From: the human T2T-CHM13v2.0 reference genome, Homo sapiens
DNA: 64,000 bases
Direction: 5' to 3' (one strand)
Assembly: GCF_009914755.1 (NCBI RefSeq)
Contig: NC_060926.1
The position numbers were made by a program, and so were the translations under genes. Each line of letters starts with the position of its first letter. The first letter of the stretch is position 1. Below the pieces are notes generated by a model. It saw nothing but the letters and a program-made list of their open reading frames with translations. It had not been told where the DNA came from and did not search any database. Below are positions 16,717 to 32,600 of the stretch, piece after piece.

Positions 16717-17620
16717 CTTTGTGGTTTTATCTACTTTTGGTCTTTGATGATGGTGATGTACAGATGGGTTTTCGGTGTAGATGTCCTTTCTGGTTGTTAG
16801 TTTTCCTTCTAACAGACAGGACCCTCAGCTGCAGGTCTGTTGGAATACCCTGCCGTGTGAGGTGTCAGTGTGCCCCTGCTGGGGGGTGCCTCCCAGTTAG
16901 GCTGCTCGGGGGTCAGGGGTCAGGGACCCACTTGAGGAGGCAGTCTGCCCGTTCTCAGATCTCCAGCTGCGTGCTGGGAGAACCACTGCTCTCTTCAAAG
17001 CTGTCAGACAGGGACACTTAAGTCTGCAGAGGTTACTGCTGTCTTTTTGTTTGTCTGTGCCCTGCCCCCAGAGGTGGAGCCTACAGAGGCACGCAGGCCT
17101 CCTTGAGCTGTGGTGGGCTCCACCCAGTTCGAGCTTCCCGGCTGCTTTGTTTACCTAAGCAAGCCTGGGCAATGGCGGGCGCCCCTCCCCCAGCCTCGTT
17201 GCCGCCTTGCAGTTTGATCTCAGACTGCTGTGCTAGCAATCAGCGAGATTCCGTGGGCGTAGGACCCTCTGAGCCAGGTGTGGGATATAGTCTCGTGGTG
17301 CGCCGTTTCTTAAGCCGGTCTGAAAAGCGCAATATTCGGGTGGGAGTGACCCGATTTTCCAGGTGCGTCCGTCACCCCTTTCTTTGACTCGGAAAGGGAA
17401 CTCCCTGACCCCTTGCGCTTCCCAGGTGAGGCAATGCCTCGCCCTGCTTGGCTCGCGCACGGTGCGCACACACACTGGCCTGCGCCCACTGTCTGGCACT
17501 CCCTAGTGAGATGAACCCGGTACCTCAGATGGAAATGCAGAAATCACCCGTCTTCTGCGTCGCTCACGCTGGGAGCTGTAGACCGGAGCTGTTCCTATTC
17601 GGCCATCTTGGCTCCTCCCC
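16717..17620 (-). promoter_or_regulatory. L1HS 5' UTR: internal sense promoter, antisense promoter and CpG island; YY1 site at 17600-17610
   Basis: Matches L1HS 5' UTR; CAAGATGGCCG intact; CpG-rich 17170-17600. Confidence 0.9.
17172..17387 (+). CDS. ORF0: L1 ORF0 (primate-specific antisense ORF, 71 aa), intact
   Basis: MAGAPPPASLPPCSLISDCCASNQRDSVGVGPSEPGVGYSLVVRRFLSRSEKRNIRVGVTRFSRCVRHPFL*; Kozak-like gcaATGG; internal splice donors after 17277 and 17362; expression not shown by sequence. Confidence 0.85.
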   Translation: MAGAPPPASLPPCSLISDCCASNQRDSVGVGPSEPGVGYSLVVRRFLSRSEKRNIRVGVTRFSRCVRHPFL

Positions 17621-17639
17621 TATTTCTCTCATTTTTAAA

Positions 17640-20600
17640 TTTCTTTACTTTTTGTTGTCCGTCTTTTATTTCTGTTTTCCTTTACTGTACTTTCTGTGTT
17701 ACCTATTTATTTTTCCATATAATTTATTCATTTCTGAAATGATTTTTTTTCACATTTTAGGCACTGTCTTCTCTTTTTCATATTATCCACTTTTTTATGA
17801 TTTAAATTCTGAGATTTTCTATTTTTTACCTTTGATATTTTTCATAGACTTTATATTTCCTTAATTTTGTATTTTTAATATTAAACTATAGTGTATATAT
17901 ATATTCTAAGCCATAATTTTATTATATGCCTTTATTATCTGTGAGTATATAATTCAGCTATTAATTTTTATGTTTTTTCATCATTTGTCTCCTAATATCA
18001 GCTAGTATCATTGTATGGAGTTCATTCACCTCATGGTGGCTTATGGAAAATGAGGTGGTGTTCTGTGCCTTTAGATGGAAGTTCCAGCATAGATCAGAGG
18101 TGTGGTTTTCCTAGCTTGACACTTAAGAATTCTCTCTGCTGCTATTATCAAAGTTGCCTCTCTGTGGGGTCACCTCCATAGCTCTGAGATCTGAGTCCCA
18201 CGGACTTTTTAACCCTGAATCAGAACCTTCTTTTTTACTTACTCTATAATTTGTATCTGGCTACATTTGCATTTTATATCTATTTTTCTTACCAAGGAGT
18301 TTTGAATTCTTAGAACACATTTTTGAAGTTTCTGGGAGTTAGGACGGCCTTTAAAAAAAACTCACTTATAAATTAAAGTTTATGCTGGTTGCTCTTAGAG
18401 AAGTATCTACTCAAAGTAGGCTCCTCTCCTTCCTATGGGGACATTTGATAGTGATTTCTGGGTCTTTTGGCAGCATCAAAAGACACCATTATCTTATCTC
18501 CACACAGTTGTGTATTCTCCATGAAACCTGCCTGAGTTCTGCCATTATAGATGGTTTGGCACCACTCATCCATATTCTGTCTCTATAAACTTACCTACTA
18601 TGGAAATTTCATGTAAATGAAATTATACATTATGCAGCCACTGTGGCTGGCTTTTTAAAGTTAGTATAACATTTTCAAAGTTAATCTGTGTTGTCACATG
18701 CATCAGCACTCCATTGTTCGATGACTGAATAATATTCCATTGTATGGATATATCATATTTTGTTTGTCATTCATCAATTGATGGACATTTGAGCTATTTT
18801 CATTTTGGCTATAATAAATAATGCTACCATGTACAAGTTTTTATGTGAACAGATTTTTTTAAGTTCTCTTGATTATAAGCCCAAAGAAAAGAGTTATAGA
18901 GTAACTATATAATAGCTATACTATAACTAAATATAGCTATCCTAGTAGTAATGAAGTGCAATCTCATTATGGTTTTTATTTTCATTTCTCTAATGACTAA
19001 TGAAGTTCATAATCTTTTCATGTGTTCATTGGCCATTTGTATAATTAATTATTAATTTATAAAAATCTAATTTAGATTAGTTACAAATGAATTTCAGTAG
19101 TATACAAAACTTTGCTCCTACATAGCTCCTTCTCTATATGCTGTTATTGTTACAAATTACATTTTATATATTGTGGGTCCATCAACAGAAACCAATTATT
19201 ATTACTTTGTGTCATTATCTTTCGAATCATCTGATCTAAAACTGTATTAATACTGTCTTTTATATTTATCTATGTAGTTATCTTTACTCTGCACCTTTAT
19301 TTCTTAATGTGAATTTAAGATACTCTCTTGTATCTTTTATCTGAGCCTGAAAGACTCCTTGTAGTATTTCTCATAAAGAAGGCCTGCTATTACACTTTCA
19401 ATTCCAGAACCTACATTGCATGACGTCTATCTCTTTATTGATATTCCCTATTTGGTAAGACATAACTCTCATACTTTCCTATAGTTCTTTAGACATGGTT
19501 TTACTTAGCACTTTGAACATATTTTAAATAGCTAATTTAAAGTCTTTGTCTAAGAAAAACAGTGTCTGGGATTCCTCAGAGACCATTTCTATTCCTTGTT
19601 TTTTTCCTTAGCTCTGGTTTATACTCTCTTTTTCTTTGCATGTCTCATATATTTTATTGCTGTTGAATACTGGAAAGTTTCATGCAGCAATTCTAGAAAT
19701 AAGATCTCCCCCTCTCCACAGGGTTTGCTGTGATGTTGCTTATTGTAATCATAGTGGTTGGTTTGTTTGGTGATTTTTCTGAACTAATTCTTTAAAGTCT
19801 GTATTTTTTATAAAGTGTGGCCACTGAAACCTTTACTCGATTAGCTTAGTGGTCAGCTAATGATTAGACAGAGGTCTCCTTAAATGCATGAAACCAATAA
19901 ATCTCCAAGTATTTGCCTAGGGATTCTGTGTGTATACTAAACACTCAGCAAAGCAATTTACAGTTCCACCTTAGCCTTCACTTCCTGCCCATGCAGAGTC
20001 TCCGAGTCAGCTAGAATCATGAGTCTGGGGCATTCTCAGGTATTTCCTGAGCCTGAACACAGCCCTAGCCATTTCTGAGACCTAATAGAGTCTCAAAAGT
20101 CTGTCATGTCAGAGCTTTTCTATGCCCCTGTGGATGGTCCATCTTTCAGCTTTTTCATTTTAAGAATTTTAGTTAGCCTATTGCTTTCCTCAACTCTCAT
20201 TCATCACCTCTGGCAACCACCAACTTAAAACACTTACCTGTAACTTGCTTTAACAAAAGTGTGCACCAAGGAGATGGCTGTTTATACTGGGTGAGCTCTG
20301 AGTTACCTTTGTAGGTCAGGTTTTTGTGGAAACCATCAGACAGGTGCCATAATGAGAATTATTTAGGGATGTGATTTTGAAGAAGTTACAACACAATACT
20401 GCTCCTTCAGGCGTTGTGAAGCTTTCATAGTAATGTGGGCTGTTATTTTTCAATGGTATCTCTGAGATGGAAAGCAAGAGATGCAACCAGGGAAAGTTAA
20501 ATGCCACAAAGCTTGCTTGCTGTTCTTATCAAGATTTAGCTGTTTTTCTTAATTTATAAACACTCCGCAGGAAGCCACAGGCAATTTTCTGAAGTTCTGC

Positions 20601-21240
20601 GTAAATTAATTTGGACAGCTTTTGCCATTTTAGAAATTTCTTTTATGTAGTGTGAAGTTTTGGAGGTCTTAGTCCACTATTTTTACTGACATCATTATGT
20701 TTGTTTGAAAAGTCAATTTGGAAATAGTTTTAAAATCTGCTGTTATCTTTAGCTTGCCTCAACTGGAAGGTAACCTCATCTTTGGTTTTTGAGGGTATTT
20801 TTCCTCAGTCTTCAAGGAGAACTTTTTAGTTAAACACTTGCATTATAGGAAAACTTTTATTTAAGCACTTTAAAGATGTCATTCCACTGTCTTTTTAATT
20901 CTTTTATTTTTGAGAAGTGAACTGACAGTGTAACTGTTGCTTTTTTGAAGACAACATGCACCCCCCCAACAGCTTTTAAGCTTTTCCTTTTTAGTAGGTT
21001 TGTGTTCTTTTTATTTATTCTGTTTAGAGTGTATGCACTTTGAATTTTTGGCTTGTTACCTTTTCTTTGTTTTGAAAATATTATTAGCCATAGTCTTCAA
21101 ATATTGTGTCTTCTACATTCTTATTTGCCTCTCCTAATGGACTTTAATAGCTTTATACCTCTACATTGTATGACCTATGTTTTCACCTTCTCTTTGTATT
21201 TTCAATGTATTTTTGATATCCTCTAAATTTTAGTTAAGAA
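17640..21240 (-). mobile_element. Old L1M fragments (L1MB/MC/ME-type mosaic)
   Basis: Antisense L1 3'-end motifs ('aatattccattgtatggatatatcat', 'atggacatttgag') and T-rich ORF1-like stretches; boundaries approximate. Confidence 0.6.
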
Positions 21241-21252
21241 GTTCCTACTTCT

Positions 21253-21610
<358 letters not shown>

Positions 21611-23099
21611 TCATAACTTTTCTTAAACTGATATAAGAGCTGAAGATGAAGACAACCAAGTGAACTAAATTCCACAGAATAAAAAGTCCCTCCAAGAATA
21701 GACAGAATTCTTTCATTTTTGGCAAAGGAGGAAAAGTAGGCAACCACAAAAATGGATAAGAAAAGGTCATCCCCCAAACTTTACACATCTTTTGAAGATC
21801 AACTATGCATGAACAGATCATTTGAAATGATCAAGATCTCAGTCAGCAAGCAAGCTTTCAATCACTGGCAAGCTTCTTTCATTGAACCTCCAGAAGTACA
21901 GAGATCGGGGAAGCAGACATAGTGAGCCCCACTTAGTGGACTGGCAGGAAGGCACTGGCTGCTGCTCTGAGATGGGCAGGGAGCACTGACTGCTCCCTTT
22001 ACCTTTCCTCTTGCAAAATAAAAACCTTAAATTACGGGGGGAGGAACAGAAAATTCCCCTGTCCCTAGGACCTAACCAAGGATCCATTCTTTCTGATGTA
22101 AGAGTACACATGAAAGACTTCTGTCTTCCGCGAAGAACAAGGAAAAGTCAGGCAAACTTCTGCAAACCAAGGGCATTTTTAAATCAGATTAAGGAAAAAG
22201 AGACATGTAGAAAGTAACAAAGATGAGAATTACATTATCATTATAGTCAGTGGCCATTGCCAGATCTCATGGAATAGGCAGCTGAAATTTCATAGCTAGC
22301 AGATTGGTGTGACCACTTTTTTCATTATTATAAATGACTGTCTAGGACTCGAGGAATGGACATTCATCTGTCAAAATTTCCAGGCAACTTGCAAGGAATG
22401 CTATTTAATTCTGAAGGACATATAATTCACTTATGCCTCACCACTATAAAGAGCCTAAGAGACCAGTCCCAGAAAAGAAAGATAATTGGAAATGATTTTT
22501 CTCTTGCTCCTAGCAGACCATTAGGAATAATTACATCATGCTGTATACCCCTCTTTAGGTTGTCGTAACAAGAAGCCCAAGGCACTCCTCATGAAGACTC
22601 TCACTGAGTTTTCTCTTTTACTTAATCCTACTCAATCTCTCAACAAGCCTTCATCACCCAAGTCCTTCCACTCTGCTCCGCGGATTGCAAACCCTCATCG
22701 GCAAAATAATCTATATGGTAAATCTCTTCTTTGAAAATTCCCTTCACTCACTTGTTCTAAACAAAACTTAGCTTTTCTCTGAACACATGTATTTCTCTAT
22801 TGCCCTAGGAAGTGCTGGAATTGTTCTCTCCTACAGCTCATATAACGTCCACACAGCATAAAGGTGCAGTTGGTAACCTTGTTCCACAGTTGTTGTTTTC
22901 TTCAGAGCACTATGTCTCCATCCTTTCTGAGACTTCCTAGGCCCTTGGAAGTAAGTTCTATCCATGCTCGCTCCTGTCTCATTTCCTGTACTTGCTACCT
23001 CCCTCCTTTCACTGTTCCTCACTGAGGCCACTAGTGGAGAATTTTACTGCCTACCTTTTGCTTTTTCTCTGTAAGTCAGTTGAAGCTAAAACTCCAGCC

Positions 23100-23660
23100 T
23101 TACACTATATCAGAAATCTGACTGCTTCTCCATGACCACCCTGGTCTACACCACCCTCAGCTTTCTCAACCTGACAAATAAAATAGCCTTCTCCTTAGTA
23201 TCTGTGAACCCACTCTTGCCCAAGTATAGCCTGTTCTGTCAAATAAGCCAAAACAAGTCTTTTAAAATTTAAGCCTATCACATTAATGGTCCTCACTGCA
23301 CTTAGGATGAGGCGTCAAAGCCTCATTGAGACTTACAACCCACGTTTATCCCTTTCCCACTTACCTCTCGCCAGTTACCAGCCACGCTGGTCTTGCTATT
23401 CTTCAAGCTTGCCAAGCACATTTCTGTCTCAGCATCTTTGCACTTGCTGTTTCCTCTCTCTGAGTGCTTTTCCTTCAGCAGACCTAGGGCTTGCTTCCAC
23501 TCCATCCCCTCTCTACTCACATGTCACCAGAGCAGAGGTCTCCCCGACCACCTCGTCTAAAAGAGCATGCCTGCCTTCTCACTCGCTCTAGCCTTACTTT
23601 GCTTCATAGCACCTGCAATTCATTATGTTCTGTTTGTTATGTGTATGTACTTTCATTAAT
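23100..23660. mobile_element. L2 fragment
   Basis: 'ctttgcacttgctgtttcctctctctgagtgcttttcc', 'tgtcaccagagcagaggtctcccc' resemble the L2 3' region. Confidence 0.55.
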
Positions 23661-23754
23661 AGTTGAGTGCTTATTGCTAATAAAGTGTTTATTTCAGAAT
23701 AATTTTAAATTTCCAGAAAAAAATGGTAAAGGTGTAGTACAGAGAGTTCTTTCT

Positions 23755-23902
23755 CTGTTTCTCTTTCTCTCTCTCTCTCTATATATAGGTATATATATAC
23801 ATATCTAGATATATATCTAGGTGTGTGTATATATATGTGTATATATGTATATATATGTGTGTGTATATATGTATATATATGTGTGTGTGTATACATATAT
23901 AT
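23755..23902. repeat. (CT)n-(TA)n-(TG)n compound microsatellite inside an old L1MC/MD-like 3' end (~23690-24340)
   Basis: Direct reading. Confidence 0.9.
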
Positions 23903-24463
23903 TCCATGTTTAGTGTCCCATTTTATTAACATCCTACCTTAGCGTGAGACATTTCTTAAAGCTAATGGCCCAATATTGGTACATTATTATTAACTACAGC
24001 CCACCCTTTACTCAGATCCTCTTACTTGTAACCTGATGCCCCCTATCTGTGCTAAGATCTCTTCAGGGGCACAACATTCCCTTTAGATATCAAGTCTCCA
24101 TAGGCGCTCCTGATAAGTGAGAGTTGCTGACTTTTCTTGTCTTTTTGTGGCCTTGACAAGTAGCAGGGGTACTGGTTAGAATGTTCCTCAATTTGATTTT
24201 GTCCGGTGTGTTTCTCATGACTATATTGTGGTTGTGGGTTTTAGGGAGAAAGACCACAGAGGTAAAGTGACATCTTCATCAGGTCCTATCAAGGGAACAT
24301 ACTATCAACAAGGCTTATAGCTGTTGATGTAAACCTTGGTGGTTAACATGTCCTTTCTTCTTACTTGACATGTATTTTTTGTTCATGAAAAGCTGTTTAA
24401 ATTTTATCAGCAATGCAATAAACAATCAACAGCACTTGAGTTAAAGAAATTTAAGACATTTGG

Positions 24464-25190
24464 TTTTTTTTTTTTTTTACTCTCCAAAGTTTATTTTTAT
24501 TATTATTTTTAAATTATACTTTAAGTGCTAGGGTACATGTGCACAACGTGCAGGTTTGTTACATATGTATACATGTGCCATGTTGGTGTGCTGCACCCAT
24601 TAACTTGTCATTTGCATTAGGTATATCTACTAATGCTATCCCTCCCCCCTCCCCCCACCCCACGACAGGCCCCAGTGTGTGATGTTTCCCACCCTGTGTC
24701 CAAGTGTTCTCATTGTTCAATTCCCACCTATGAGTGAGAACATGCGGTGTTTGGTTTTTTGTCCCTGTGATAGTTTGCTGAGAATGATGGTTTCCAGCTT
24801 CATCCATGTCCCTACAAAGGACATGAACTCATCCTTTTTTATGGCTGCATAGTATTCCATGGTGTATATGTGCCACATTTTCTTAATCCAGTCAATCTCT
24901 GAAGGACATTTGTGTTGGTTCCAAGTCTCTGCTATTGTGAATAGTGCCGCAATAAACATATGTGTGCATGTGTCTTTATAGCAGCATGATTTATAATCCT
25001 TTGGGTATATACCCAGTAATGGGATGGCTGGGTCAAATGGTATTTCTACTTCTAGATCCTTGAGGAATCACCACACTGTCTTCCACAATGGTTGAACCAG
25101 TTTACAGTCCCACCAATTGTAAAAGTGTTCCTATTTCTCCACATCCTCTCCAGCACCTGTTGTTTCCTGACTTTTTAATGATCGCCATTC
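24464..25190 (-). mobile_element. 5'-truncated L1PA (L1PA4/5-like)
   Basis: ORF2 C-terminus '[10 protein letters not shown]...SLIGGN' (24717-24959); 3' UTR; two A tracts. Confidence 0.92.
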
Positions 25191-26041
25191 ACACATTAAA
25201 AATATTAGCACACTTTATCCTAAGTAAACATCAAAAATGGCTACTTTACATGGACTCATTCCTAATATAGGAACTCCAGAGTCTTTTGTTCCCCAAATTC
25301 CATTGACTTACCAGATTCTCTTGTATTACTACGGCAGTTTAGTTCTAATTTATCAACTTACTGGAATGCATGATATCTTTTGTCATGATTATCTGTCATT
25401 TCAACCACCCTGAATCTTAGGAGCACCCTTGTGAACATTCCTGTATTTGCCTCCAGGGCTAGCTACACTTTTCCAATACAAATTCAAAAAATTATTTTTT
25501 CAGCTTCCCAGGAAGAAGACATGTGATTTAGGTTCTGCCTATTTTCTGAACCCATGTAAGACTTTTGAATGGACAGGAGTTTACTTGGGGATAGAGGGAA
25601 GCACTGGACCTTCATGGTTCTTGAGCCAATGCCTACAGGGAGGTCATTACATAGGACCAGAGTTTCTGATCATGGCGGGGGCAGCAGCTCCTGTGGTGAC
25701 CTGGCTTACCGTGTGGTGTAGGATGTTTGTTGCTCCTGGAGGCTTAGCCTACGTGCTGTTTCTTCAAGCCTCCCAAGAATTCTATGAGCTTATCCCTTAA
25801 TAATCCCTTTGTGTATTAATCTACTAACATGAATCGTTTTATGCATCCAAGACCCGAATCAACACTTAGAGAATTATTTCCTAATATTTGCATGAAGGCT
25901 CACAAAAACATTAAAACCAGTCATTTAACATTACTTTAACTCTTTCTGGTTTTGTTATTCAATATTATTTACTTAATGCTCGTGACTTTCACACTTTAGT
26001 TTTCCACATAAACATGTCCTTGTGGAATACTGCTCCTTACA

Positions 26042-26360
26042 ATTTATTTTTATTTATTTATTTATTTATTTTAAGATGGAGTCTCCCTTGTCACCCAGGC
26101 TGGAGTGCAGTGGTGCAATCTTGGCTCCCTACAACCTCCGCCTCCTGTGTTCAAGTGCTTCTCCTGCCTCAACCTCCCTGGTAGCTGGGATTACAGGCCC
26201 CTGCCACCACGCCCAGCTAATTTTTTTAATGTATTTTTAATAGAGATGGGGTTTCACCATGTTGGCCAGGCTGGTCTCCAACTCCTGACCTCAAGTGATC
26301 CACCTGCCTCGGCCTCCCAAAGTGCTGAGATTACAAGTGTGTGCCACCACTCCTGGCCAG
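26042..26360 (-). mobile_element. Alu, AluS
   Basis: Reverse-complement dimer with (TTTA)n tail. Confidence 0.92.
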
Positions 26361-27357
26361 CTTTTTGAATTCATGGAAAAATACATTGCTATAAAAATAC
26401 AAATATTCATGTGTATATAATTTAAAATTCTCCTCTATTTCCCAGTGGTAGGAATGCCCTATTTTGGCAAACTGTATTCCATACCACACCTTTTACTGCC
26501 TTGAGCTATTCTATATCAGTTTCTATTTGCAGCAGGCTTTTCTAGAGCATTTATGACCCCAGCCCAGAGAGGCCAGACAAGTGCTAAGGAAGTTTTTTTC
26601 TGAGACTTTGCGTCAGAATTATCTTGTTTCTTTACATATAATGAAGAGTAAAGTATTCTAGAGCCTTAATAATTTTCAGAACTCTGTAAATATTATTCCA
26701 TGTTTCCTAATTTTCAGTATTTTAGTTGAGAAAGTCATTTTCTCTGTTTGATGCTTTTTTAAAAAAAACAATTTTGTCTCTTTTTTGGCTGGTTAAAAAC
26801 ATTTTTCTGTGTAGATGAAATTGAGAAATGTCAGCAGGTGCTGCCCAGTTTTCAGTATTTTCTTCAGTTACTTTAATCAACATTTAGTGAGCTCATTCAG
26901 TCAGAAAACTCAGGCCGTTAGTTCAGAGAAACAGTTATTTCTAGCCTTCCTCCATCTGTTCAGTTCTGTTCCTATGGAATTTCTAATGTCCATGTATTAG
27001 GACTCTTGGGAGTCTCCTGTCATTCATATTTTTCCTCTGTTTATCACTTTCATCTGAGCTTCAAGAGATTCCCTTGAACTAATTCAATACTTCTTGTTTT
27101 TTTCACTCTTCAGTGTGCCATTGACTTCAGTCACCACACCTTTTGTATACTTACCCCTTCTTGAGATGACTGCTTTCTGCAGCAGCCTGTGGCTGTTCCA
27201 CCGTGTCCCTCCACCTTTTCCTCTCTCAAAACACATGATTTGGGGTTGTGGTTATTATTGTTGAGGTCATTTTTTCTCTCTTTTTACTCTTCTTTTCTCC
27301 TCCCCATAGTATCTTTATTTAATGATAGGAATCCATTTGCTTTAAATGGTCACACTG

Positions 27358-27765
<408 letters not shown>

Positions 27766-28053
27766 TCACACTGGTACTGCTCTTTGGGATTTGTAGCCTT
27801 TCCATTCTGTGATCTTGCTCTTTGCAAACGTTCACATAGAGATACCTGGTTCATTCATACTGAGAGTTGAGATGAAATCTGTCAGATGCTTTGTAGGTCA
27901 GTGTTCAATTTTTTATGGTTACTCACTGTGAGATATAATTTTGCCTTTTCTACTAGTCGAGTTATTTCAGTGGGAAATAACTGCAGGAATTGGTAGAGGA
28001 AATTGCTTACGTATTCTCACTTAGGATACTATCTTGATCCTGGAGGACCTTAG

Positions 28054-28402
<349 letters not shown>

Positions 28403-28960
28403 ACAGTGTTGCTGTTTTTAAAAGAAGAATGCAAATGAGGCCTGGCTTGCAGGCATTTTTGCCGGGGTGGTTTCCATGCGGAGGCTGCCTTCCCTGGTGC
28501 TGTGCTCTGTTAGGTAGCACCTACGGAATTGCAGCACGCTCCTCCAGGAAGCTCATCTGTCTGGAGGCTGAAGCCCCAGCAGTGCCTGCACAGGGCTTGC
28601 TCTAAAGCTGCCAAAGTCCCCACTGTTTTGCATATGACATAAGCTCATGCCTGCCTAGTCTGCCAAGTCCTAAACGGCCAAAGCTTCAACACCTGTGAGC
28701 CCTTCCTGAGCAAGCCTGCTCACTGCCTGTGTGCACCTTCTATAAGTATTCTCAACAATTCTCCGGGACTTTCCCAGGCCTCCCTCCGATGCCTTTATCC
28801 ACTCCTTGCCTCCCATCTGGGCTTCTCCATGTATGCTCGGTCCTTCCACAGATAGACGTACCATTGTGACTTCCTGGGAGCCTCTTTGGCCCACGTGATT
28901 TCTAGGTCTACCTGCTATCTCCATTTGTTACAGCCTTTGGTCCATACACCCTGGCCCTAG

Positions 28961-29621
<661 letters not shown>

Positions 29622-32600
29622 ATTTTCTTTCTTAAATTGCAAACAGATTTAGAGCTAAAGTTTTAGAAAGACTTGCATGTAACTGTACTCTAATTGCTCT
29701 CTTCTGTGACAACTGGGCAAGATACTCAACCATGTTAAGGCTTATATTTCTTGACTGTCAAATGGTAGTAACACTGATCAAGAAGGATTCGGGGACCACC
29801 GGCAAGAATACTGCGAAATGTCTTGTATTCACAGGAACATTTCATTAATGAGTTTTCTTTTCTCTTTTTTCTTTTTTTTTTTTTTTTTTGCCTAGAACAG
29901 GACTATACAAATAGGATAAATACTCTGTACCCATATTGAACAAACAAATCACATTGTGATTAACAGTAAGAGACCAAGAGTAATGCTTCTAGTTCCAACT
30001 TGCCCACTGAAATATTTTGCTACATGGGTTTATGTCTCAAATTCCATAATCATTTTTATGATTAGTTCCAACATGACTCCTTCCCCAGGTGAAAAGTGAA
30101 GCTCTCCTGAGTTCAGGCCACCACTTCAAGCCCAGGACTTGCAACACTCCCTCGGGAGGGCCAGCTGATGGTGTGGCTTTTCTCCAAACTGCACCAGAGT
30201 TCATCCCTGAGAGTGATCCTGGTGACCATCTCAGACAGCCATGTCTGTGTTCACCCAGGCTCCTCCCCTGCCCCATCCTTCAGTGCCCCTTGCTGACCAT
30301 GGTTCCGGGCATCAGACATCACAACTACTTCCTTCTGGATCTCCAGGAGCCCTTCTTGCCTACCTGCTCCACCCAATCAGAGCAGACTCAGGAGCATCCA
30401 AGAGCTGCAGGAGCCTGTACGTCTTCAAATATCTCACCACCTAGCGGGACCCACAAACCGCCATGCACTGTGATGTGCAGCCTCAGGAATATGTGTCATG
30501 CTCGCGTGCACTCAAAGCAGACTCTCTTCTCTGGACCTGAGAGGATAAGCAAGTCTTTGAGGAGGAAAATGAGCTCACAGGCAGACCTGGCTTGAACACA
30601 AAGCACCACTCCACTGCATGGTCACATGCTTGTACCACCTGCATCTGTGAAATGGGATAATACCTCCTCCTCTAGTCATGGTGCAGATGGCATTTGTGAA
30701 GCACTTTGAACTTATGTATCTTATAAAAGTTATCCATCTCTGTACTGAGTCCCAGAAAAATAGTTGAGGTTGGTCTAAGTTCATTTATCCATACAGTTAC
30801 CATTTCTTAGTCACTTACCCTGTGCTCATGGAAGGGAATGAAGTGATGCGTGAGACACATTCTCTGTCTTTTGTCTAATGGATGAAAACACAGCTCTCCC
30901 CAGGGGAGCGCAATGGGTTCTGTCATTAGGTAACTGATGCCAAAGATGAAATGACTGTCAATTAAAGTCTCCTTCTTCCTTCAACATCTTTGCCATCAAG
31001 AGTGGAGTGCAGGCAGCTTTCCAGCCCATGCCAAAGGGGAAGGCAGGCATCCCCACAACAACCAGACATCATGCTCTTGGCTGAGGAAAGATTCTGCCTT
31101 CCAGGCCTGGGCCGGAGTGGGATGCGATTCCAGGATTATGGCAAGTAGCAATAAATTACAGTGCAAGCCTCAGCTGCCCTCCATGCCTGAACCTGACTAC
31201 AAGCCAGGCTTAGGAACACAGTTAATAAAAATTTTTTTAAAAAAATAGAGCAGCCCTATCCTCTTGCTTAATCCCTCAGAACTGGAGAAGCTGTCTCCCA
31301 GGGCTTGACTTATAGGCCCCTGGAGAGTTTGCTGCACCCCAGGACCAGCCCAGCAGCACACAGAGCACAGGATAGAGGCGCCGTCTGCCCCGCGCATACC
31401 TCCTGATACCTGCAGAGGAGTCCACCATACTCAGCCCTAAGGCAAGTAGGGATTTGACAGCTCCAGGGAGGATGCTCCGGCTCGCTTCTGGCTTTTATAA
31501 CTGGCCTCAGTGGGCGTATTTCACACTTTCCTGCTTGGTCTTTAGAACTACGATCGATAAAAGGCTTTTGCATACCTCTCTAGTGACTTCACAATCTACA
31601 AAGGAAAAACAAATTGTCAAAATAAAAAGAAAATCTTCAAATTCCTTCACAAATACAAACAGAACATTTAATATCAATGGAACATGCTGAAGGTTAGAAA
31701 AAGTGGACAAATCACACCTTGCCCTTCCCCTGAGGAATCCCGCAATCTGTGAGCGGTGGGGTGAATGGAAACAGAACCAGGATCTGTGGTCAAAGTCCAA
31801 ATTCACACAGAGTGCCTGGGAAGTAAGTCAAGGGAGCTTCCTCAGGGGCTGAGGACTGAGCTGGGTTTCAAGGAATGGCAGTTGGCCGGGGAGTGGGGAC
31901 GCAGGATCAGATCATCACGGGGAGGGTTTCTGTGGTCCTGCGAGAGCTAAAAGGAGCCTAGCACTCGCTAGGAACCCCTGATGTGCAGCAGGGGACCACG
32001 CTGGCAGAGCGGAACCTGAGAGGTGAGCCAGGCACACTGTGGGCAGCTCTGGCACCAGGGGAGATCTAATCTCTGCTGTCACCAGGGGAGTGTCACAGGC
32101 AGGGAAATGGCACTGAACCACTCCACACACACAGAACAGAACTGAGAGGAAGGAGACCACAGACATCTGACAGCACCCACCATGGCGCCAAGACCCAAGA
32201 TTCAGCTTCTCGAGAGACCATCCAGGAGGCAGGAAGGCAAGCCGGGCAGAGGGGCTGCTCTCCAGCCCCTTTTCTTCACAGGGTGGCCCAGGCACGGAGC
32301 TGGCTGCTGTGTTGTGGTGCCACAGGCCCGTGCACACCAGCCTCCCAGGACTCGGCTGGCCTCTACTTCTGCCCCCATGAGTGCTCTTCCTGCCTGCCCC
32401 AGGGCCTTCGGCCCACACTTGTCCTCACTGCTTAGAGGCTGGTGTATGCTGTCACCCCACTGCCCAGCAGCCAGTGACATCACTCACTTTGGCCACCAGC
32501 CCCAGAAGGAAGCTAGTGTCCTCCAGAATCTTATGCCCATGGGACATATGCACAGAGAGGACCAGCACTTTCTGTCACTGGGTCTGATGGAGGGAGGAGG

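Noticed and set aside
30280-32100. CTCF-like motifs (gtgccccttgctgacc; caccagggggag)
   Set aside because: Only partial matches; not supportable without scoring or ChIP data
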